A stretch of 64,000 bases of DNA, taken from the IMG/VR virus record IMGVR_UViG_3300037485_001404, positions 11,235 to 75,234 of that record; one strand, 5' to 3'. Of the stretch, positions 58,250 to 64,000 are shown in pieces. The position numbers and the translations under genes were made by a program. Origin of the DNA: a virus. The notes under the pieces were generated by a model, which was not told the origin of the DNA, searched no databases, and saw nothing but the letters and a program-made list of their open reading frames with translations. Position 1 is the first letter of the stretch. The number at the start of each line of letters is the position of its first letter.

Positions 58250-58460
58250 AGCCGGTTGGGGCGGTAGCTCCGTCCCTGACCGCCAGCCATCTGCCGGTGG
58301 CTGTTGAGCCTCCCAGAGCCGCTGGGGGCACTAGGCGGGACCGGCCAGTCCCTTAGATCCCTCCTGCAGGCGAGATAGAGGATCGGCAACGAAAGAGTTA
58401 TCCAGTAGGCATACTGGTACTTAGTAGGTAGGGTAGAGCCGTTGTAGAGATACAACGGCC
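58250..58460 (+). ncRNA. Candidate structured non-coding RNA (about 7 consecutive hairpins)
   Basis: GC-rich island; stems at 58254-81, 58284-303, 58308-29, 58337-52, 58356-84, 58402-17, 58438-59 (GAGA tetraloop). Confidence 0.6.
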
Positions 58461-58482
58461 TTCTTATTATCTGGAGACTGAT

Positions 58483-59010
58483 ATGATCATAGCATCTATC
58501 GATCCCGGAAAGAAAGGTGCAATTGTAATCCTTAACAAAGGTAAGATAGAATCTCACCTTGTTATGCCATATCACAAAGATCAACTCCAACTACGTCAAA
58601 TCCAATCCTTTCTCTCTCAGTACCCTATTGAGTATGTTATAGTGGAAAAGGAAGCTCCACGTCCAGGTCAGTCATCTCAATCCATGTGGACATTCGCAGT
58701 AGAATATGGGATGCTATTAGCAGCTCTCATAGATTACAAGATAGAACTAGTCCCTCCAATAGAATGGGCAACGTGTTTGGTCGGGCTAGGCAGAAGTTCG
58801 CTTGGGCTAAAATCGTGCAATGGCGGGGATGTGGAGGCCGGAGAAGGCCCTTCTAAGAATCAGACCAAAGTTCGGTTCCGCGAGATCGCCAAGGCACTTT
58901 TCCCCGAAGTACCTCTCCACGAAGGCATCATTGACGCCGTACTCATTGGATTCTATTGGCTTTATCGGCAAGGGTTCATCGCACAGTGGCGGAACACCAA
59001 GCGGCAGTAA
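58483..59010 (+). CDS. RuvC-like Holliday junction resolvase
   Basis: IASIDPGKKGA, VIVEKE, VPPIEW, IDAVLIG. Confidence 0.85.
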   Translation: MIIASIDPGKKGAIVILNKGKIESHLVMPYHKDQLQLRQIQSFLSQYPIEYVIVEKEAPRPGQSSQSMWTFAVEYGMLLAALIDYKIELVPPIEWATCLVGLGRSSLGLKSCNGGDVEAGEGPSKNQTKVRFREIAKALFPEVPLHEGIIDAVLIGFYWLYRQGFIAQWRNTKRQ

Positions 59011-59119
59011 GCGAACTATTCTCACCCCTCCGATCTTTGACAGAATCACTTTTTCATGCTAAAATAGCTTTATCAAGCGGAAAGTTGATCCAATATTAAA
59101 ACAATAGTGTCCCCTGCAG

Positions 59120-59139
59120 AAAATCACTATAGTGATTTT
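59120..59139. other. Perfect 20-bp palindrome AAAATCACTATAGTGATTTT
   Basis: Read directly; lies in a 560-bp gap upstream of the helicase. Confidence 0.85.
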
Positions 59140-59568
59140 TGTGGGCGAGAGTATGAGATCTCACTGTCTCGCACGCGTTGGAGGTATCCAAAAAAATAGG
59201 ATTTTCCTTTTCTCCGTATGAGATCAAGGATCAAGATATACCACTCTTGACCCTCTCTTGCTTTACAGATCAAATCTTCGGATGATGTCAGTAATAGGCA
59301 GATGAAGCAACGACTTGTAAGCTTTACGACAGGATCACTTGCTGTCAAGCCAAAGGTGGGTTATGAATGTCGGTAAGAACTCCCTCGATAGCCCCCGAAG
59401 CATTGAGAAAGTTTGAGGAAATTCAGAATCTTCCGCCAAGAAGCTTCTGAAAAGGAAAAGAAGAACAGGAACATACGCGCCTGCAGTGGAGCCTCTCAGT
59501 AGCACCTCTGTTGTAGCATGGGTGCTTGAACGTGTCAAGACTTTGTGAAACCAGAGGAGTAGGACTAG

Positions 59569-61062
59569 ATGATAACCCCCGATCAAGCTCTTTCCCAATT
59601 CAGACAAGCTACACTTCCAAAGCTTACGAAGGTAAGAAGTAGCACCTCATCCATTATTTACAGGGATACCAAGTACAAGATACCCGATGCTATATCTCGT
59701 ATACAGGAAGAGTTTGGCGACCAGTACCCAGAAGTAGCGATACCAGTAAACAAGATGTCAAGTTTCGTGAAAGAGATGATCAACTCAGTTATCAACCCCT
59801 CTGAAGAATGTGAAGAGGAAAAGAAAACCTTCAGAGCTATAGAATGGGTGGCAGAACTTAGGAAGAAAGTTAATCCGACTCTTATCAACCCTACTGAATG
59901 GGAGAATCTTACGGGTCTAGATATCACAGAAGCCTACTCAGTCCTTCAGCAAGAGGAGGCGGGAAAATACAAAGCCTTCCCGAAAGATAAACAGTTGATA
60001 ATGGCCGCTGCAGATAATGAAAGGCAGATACATCTAGAGGAAGAACGTGAGAAACTATTCAACATGCTGAAGTACGACGGGAGTGATAGTAACCTAATAG
60101 AGGAGATAGTAGACATCTTCGCAGACCACGATGGAGATCAGAGAACACGACTAGCATACATCGGAGCGTTAAAGCATTTCTTCTGGGGCATCAAGAATAA
60201 ACTCAGAGGGACGGATATAAGTAAGAAGTCCCCTTTGATAATCTGTTTCCAATCCCCTACTCAATCGGTCGGGAAAAATACTCTGATCGACACCCTATTC
60301 AAGTCTCTCGGATTTCTCTATAAACCAGATACAACCTTGGAAGAGATATCGGACAAATTCTCTGTCCGAACTATATCTGCCTATGCAGTAGGGCACCTAG
60401 ATGAGTTCTCGGACCATAACGCGGATGTGGCGAAGGTTAAATCTTTTGCAACGGCTTTCTATAAAGGCGGTAGAGGGATATTTTCTGAGACTTATAGGAG
60501 TTTCAGAGTACGTGTATCCCTGGTAATCTCTACGAACTTTAATATCTTTTGTCAGATCCGGGACCAATCAGGCATCCGCAGATTTATGCCAATAATGGTG
60601 AAGAAATCCGAGGAGGCGTTTGCACTATTCAGGAGGCTTGCCACACCGGAAGGGCAGGAAGAGATACTTCAGATGTATAGGTCTATCGACGAAGACTCAG
60701 AAGCACCCGCTGCACCCAATACCCCGGAAGCGATAGAGATAGCTAGGATACAGGAGGAAGTGGTCACTAACGCTACTCTATCCCCATTTATGGAGAAGAT
60801 GGGACTCAGAATGCCGGACATACTTGATATAGTAACAGTCCTACCTGTCAATGCATTGTATGAAGTCTATTCTGCGTTCTGCAAGGAGACTAAGAGGTAT
60901 CACATGGACCCGCTTAAATTCCCTACCGCCCTATCTACGGCAAGGTTCAAGGTTAGCAAGTCTGGACAGGTTGAGGTGATCGTGACACAGGAATTGCAGG
61001 GAGCATTAAGAGAAGCAGGATACAGGAAGGCAACATTTAATACTAAGATATTTGAGGGCTGA
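59569..61062 (+). CDS. VirE/VapE-like P-loop helicase (primase-associated type)
   Basis: ICFQSPTQSVGKNT, HLDE, ISTN, DQSGIRRF. Confidence 0.75.
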   Translation: MITPDQALSQFRQATLPKLTKVRSSTSSIIYRDTKYKIPDAISRIQEEFGDQYPEVAIPVNKMSSFVKEMINSVINPSEECEEEKKTFRAIEWVAELRKKVNPTLINPTEWENLTGLDITEAYSVLQQEEAGKYKAFPKDKQLIMAAADNERQIHLEEEREKLFNMLKYDGSDSNLIEEIVDIFADHDGDQRTRLAYIGALKHFFWGIKNKLRGTDISKKSPLIICFQSPTQSVGKNTLIDTLFKSLGFLYKPDTTLEEISDKFSVRTISAYAVGHLDEFSDHNADVAKVKSFATAFYKGGRGIFSETYRSFRVRVSLVISTNFNIFCQIRDQSGIRRFMPIMVKKSEEAFALFRRLATPEGQEEILQMYRSIDEDSEAPAAPNTPEAIEIARIQEEVVTNATLSPFMEKMGLRMPDILDIVTVLPVNALYEVYSAFCKETKRYHMDPLKFPTALSTARFKVSKSGQVEVIVTQELQGALREAGYRKATFNTKIFEG

Positions 61063-61063
61063 T

Positions 61064-63166
61064 ATGAAATTCGTATACCTAGATACTGAGTTCCGAGACT
61101 CCAATGAGAAATTAGTTACGCCTATATGCCTTGTGACCTTAACCTTTGACGAGCTTGACAGTCCGGTGTGGCATGAGTTCGTAAGACCTTTCACACCGGA
61201 GAAACTATATCAGCTACGACAATTGTTCAAAGATAAAACCCTTGTAGCATATGGCGCAGGTTCAGAAGCCGGGTTCTTGAGAGCTATCGGAATAGACCCG
61301 AATGAATATAAGTGGGTCTGTCTTCTTTCCGAATGGAAGCAACTCACCAACGAGAACGATCAGTTTCAATATGGTGAGATATACGTCACCCGTAAGGAAA
61401 AGGACGACGTTAAAGGTGGTGGCGGATACAAAGTGATCACCACTACAAGACCAAATAACAAAAAAGATAAACAGAAAGCTGATGCGAGAGATGAATATGG
61501 CAACGAGATAACGGCCACCTCCGCACAGGCTCAGTGGAGCTTGGTGTCAGCCTGCTACGGCCTATTAAAGGTGAAGATAGACTCAGAGCACAAGGAGAAG
61601 ATGAGAGATCTTATCTTAGGTAAGAGGGACTACACCGAGAGTGAGCTAGAAGCTATTGTCAAGTATTGCGGGTCAGACGTGGAATATCTGCCAGCATTGT
61701 TGACCACTATGGTTGAGCATGGGTGCAAGCTGAGTTGGATACAGCCAGAAGATTTCTTCAAAAGAGCGTATGCCAAAGCACAATATCAGATTGATTTAGA
61801 TCTTATCCGCAGTGTCGGGATACCTCTTAACAAGGATATGTTTCAAAGGATGGTTAAGGGTCAGAAGGATATCGTGAGAGCATTGCAGGAGGATTGCAAC
61901 CTTCTATACCCGTTCTTCGTTCAAGATAATAAAGGCATATACCACAAGAACGAAGAGGCTTTCATTGAGTTTCTGAGGAGGAAAGACCTGCTTGAAGTCT
62001 GGCCTAGAACCCCGGCATACCACGCTGCAAGAGAAGCCTTGAGCAATCCTGAAGGGCTGAGCGAAGGGGGGATGCTCAAATACAGACGGGCTTTCAATAA
62101 AGGTTACAGCACAGACAAGGATACACTGAAAGACTTTGAGCATATCCCCGAGATATTCCGGCTCAAGGAAGCAATAAAGACAGACTCAAACCTGAGAACA
62201 TTCAGCGGTAACAACTTGCCAAAGGCTATGGAGTACATCGGCAGTGACTGGAAACAGAGAGCCTACCTCAACGGGTTTGGGACAGGTACTTCGAGGAATA
62301 GTCCAAAGGCCACAAGCTTTATCTTGGCTCAATCTCACTGGATGCGGTGCCTAGTACAGCCGCTTGAAGGGTACTGCTGGATCAACGGTGACTATTCAGC
62401 ACAGGAAATATTGATTGCAGCTTGTGAATCAGGCGATGTAAACATGCTTGAAGGATATAGGTCTTCCGATCCTTATATCCACTTTTGTTTGCAGACAGGT
62501 GTGATCCCCCTGGAAGATGCACATCGGCCCATTAAAGAACTGAAAAAACTGTACCCGAAGGAACGGGCACTGGCAAAAGGAACATGCTTAGGGCTTCTTT
62601 ATTCTATGGGTGTTGATAAACTGTGGGCCAAACTGAACAGGGAAATATTCGATGCCGATGGGAATAAGGTCAGAGTAGAGCGCGAAAGAGCGGCAGAATT
62701 ACACAGGCATCACCATAGTATCTTCAGTGACTACTGGAAATTCACTAAGATGATCGACAGGGAATACAGGAAGGATGGGTATCTGCTTACCCGTGACGGA
62801 TGGGCAATGTACGGTGATAATCCGAACGGTGCATCTGTGATGAACTTCCCGATTCAAGGCGGAGGTGCCACGGTGTTGAGAAAAGCTGTAAGGCTGTTGC
62901 ACGAAAGAGGTCTACAATGCTGTGCCACTCAGCATGATTCTTGCACTATTCTTGCACCTCTGGACAGAGAAGAGGAACAGAAGGGTATGTTGATTCAGAC
63001 AATGAAGGATGCTTTCTCATTCTATTATGCTCCTGAAGAAATCAGAGTTGATACTCATGTGCATAGACACGGTGAATGGTATTCCGATGGAGATCCGAGA
63101 ACCAAATTCGTAGAGAAATTGATTCACATATTGGACCCAGAATTGTATAGCTTAATGAACGCATAG
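61064..63166 (+). CDS. polA: Family A DNA polymerase with 3'-5' exonuclease
   Basis: ExoI YLDTEF, ExoIII YCGSDV, motif A DYSAQE, motif B RALAKGTCLGLLYSMG, NFPIQG, motif C QHDS. Confidence 0.92.
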   Translation: MKFVYLDTEFRDSNEKLVTPICLVTLTFDELDSPVWHEFVRPFTPEKLYQLRQLFKDKTLVAYGAGSEAGFLRAIGIDPNEYKWVCLLSEWKQLTNENDQFQYGEIYVTRKEKDDVKGGGGYKVITTTRPNNKKDKQKADARDEYGNEITATSAQAQWSLVSACYGLLKVKIDSEHKEKMRDLILGKRDYTESELEAIVKYCGSDVEYLPALLTTMVEHGCKLSWIQPEDFFKRAYAKAQYQIDLDLIRSVGIPLNKDMFQRMVKGQKDIVRALQEDCNLLYPFFVQDNKGIYHKNEEAFIEFLRRKDLLEVWPRTPAYHAAREALSNPEGLSEGGMLKYRRAFNKGYSTDKDTLKDFEHIPEIFRLKEAIKTDSNLRTFSGNNLPKAMEYIGSDWKQRAYLNGFGTGTSRNSPKATSFILAQSHWMRCLVQPLEGYCWINGDYSAQEILIAACESGDVNMLEGYRSSDPYIHFCLQTGVIPLEDAHRPIKELKKLYPKERALAKGTCLGLLYSMGVDKLWAKLNREIFDADGNKVRVERERAAELHRHHHSIFSDYWKFTKMIDREYRKDGYLLTRDGWAMYGDNPNGASVMNFPIQGGGATVLRKAVRLLHERGLQCCATQHDSCTILAPLDREEEQKGMLIQTMKDAFSFYYAPEEIRVDTHVHRHGEWYSDGDPRTKFVEKLIHILDPELYSLMNA

Positions 63167-63175
63167 GGGAAGCAT

Positions 63176-63388
63176 ATGCCACAGTACATTGTCAGATTAA
63201 AAGGTTGTGAGCATTCTGATGAACTAGGAGAGTGGAAAAATAAAGAAGATGCTAAGTCCGATTTCATAGAAAATAATGCAGAACTATTTGAACATTACGA
63301 TGATGACCCTCATAGATATCCACATGGCTGTCAAGACTATTCCACTGATGACATCATAGTAGAGGAGTATGTTGATGACACACTGTAG
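63176..63388 (+). CDS. Acidic hypothetical protein
   Basis: GGGG RBS, 70 aa. Confidence 0.6.
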   Translation: MPQYIVRLKGCEHSDELGEWKNKEDAKSDFIENNAELFEHYDDDPHRYPHGCQDYSTDDIIVEEYVDDTL

Positions 63389-63980
63389 AACTTGTATCTA
63401 TTATGGAGAACCTGAAGATGGGCTTTATTACAAAACCCCACTTCAATGCCTTGCTGAGCCTAAACCATACGAGGTTAAACCGACCAGACCCGCTTGTCGT
63501 CACTACAAACATAAGTTTGATGTGCCAGCGTTGGATGGGGTAGAAGGAAAAGAATGCCAGAAAGAAACTGATGCCGGATATATGATTTGCCCTAGCTGCA
63601 AATCTCAGAATGTATTCACAGAACGTAGGTTGAATGGAGATCATTTCTGTGGAAATTGTCACCATAAATGGCCGCAGGGTATTGGACGAACTACCACAGA
63701 GAAGCCAAGTATATTGAAACCTGATTCTGTCATCGTGAAGAATGGAGAGCCTTTGAAGTTCTCTGACGGAGCAATGTTTGACAAGAAGATTATGGCTGTT
63801 CTCGGTGGGTGGGTTGATGTTCCTACAGTTGAGGAACAACGAAATATCTATGAGAAGGTTGCAAGGGAATACGCTGAGAGATTGGATAAGATGGGTGATC
63901 ATCACAATGCACTATTGAAATTGGTAAGAGAGAAGGCACCAGATATTTACGTTGAGTTTTGCAATATGGAGATTAAGTAA
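63369..63980 (+). CDS. Hypothetical protein with zinc-ribbon motifs
   Basis: CRTC...C...C; CPSCKS...CGNCHHKW. Confidence 0.65.
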   Translation: MLMTHCRTCIYYGEPEDGLYYKTPLQCLAEPKPYEVKPTRPACRHYKHKFDVPALDGVEGKECQKETDAGYMICPSCKSQNVFTERRLNGDHFCGNCHHKWPQGIGRTTTEKPSILKPDSVIVKNGEPLKFSDGAMFDKKIMAVLGGWVDVPTVEEQRNIYEKVAREYAERLDKMGDHHNALLKLVREKAPDIYVEFCNMEIK

Positions 63981-64000
63981 TGGAACCGAATTTGAAGCAA

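Noticed and set aside
58231-58590. Minus-strand 119-aa ORF
   Set aside because: Antisense to the resolvase and the hairpin cluster; no recognisable protein features.
1-64000. Stop-codon reassignment, tRNA genes, integrase
   Set aside because: Long genes are intact in the standard code and all three stops are used; no cloverleaf or recombinase motifs were recognised by eye.

Overview
The window is about 64 kb of a tailed dsDNA bacteriophage genome with podovirus-like organisation. I saw no integrase, tRNA, rRNA or CRISPR array. Minus strand 30622->1 is the head/tail module: terminase large subunit, portal, scaffold, a 607-aa major capsid protein, adaptor, a 1835-aa tail nozzle-like protein, and several large internal/ejection proteins, the last running off the left edge. 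Back-to-back sigma70-type promoters at about 30655-30715 drive a plus-strand arm with a TerS-like protein, tail fibre, an acetyltransferase, four glycosyltransferase-like genes, holin and a two-domain endolysin. A repeat-rich non-coding block at about 46265-47430 may be the genome end. It is followed by early genes, a MoxR-type AAA+ pair, SSB-like and two HU/IHF-like genes, a Cas4-like protein, RuvC-like resolvase, VirE-like helicase and a family A DNA polymerase. The most striking element is a stand-alone Cas7/RAMP-like gene (43244-44092, minus) with its own promoter. Directly downstream on the same strand lies about 1.4 kb of non-coding DNA with a 5-nt periodic (G/N)GY-NN pattern, broken into roughly 55-90 nt units by a conserved RTAARG motif. 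This looks like a phage-encoded RNA-guided system that is not CRISPR. Two more candidate structured RNAs lie at about 58250-58460 and 47140-47365, the latter behind a near-consensus sigma54 promoter. All protein calls come from motif recognition by eye; no searches were run.
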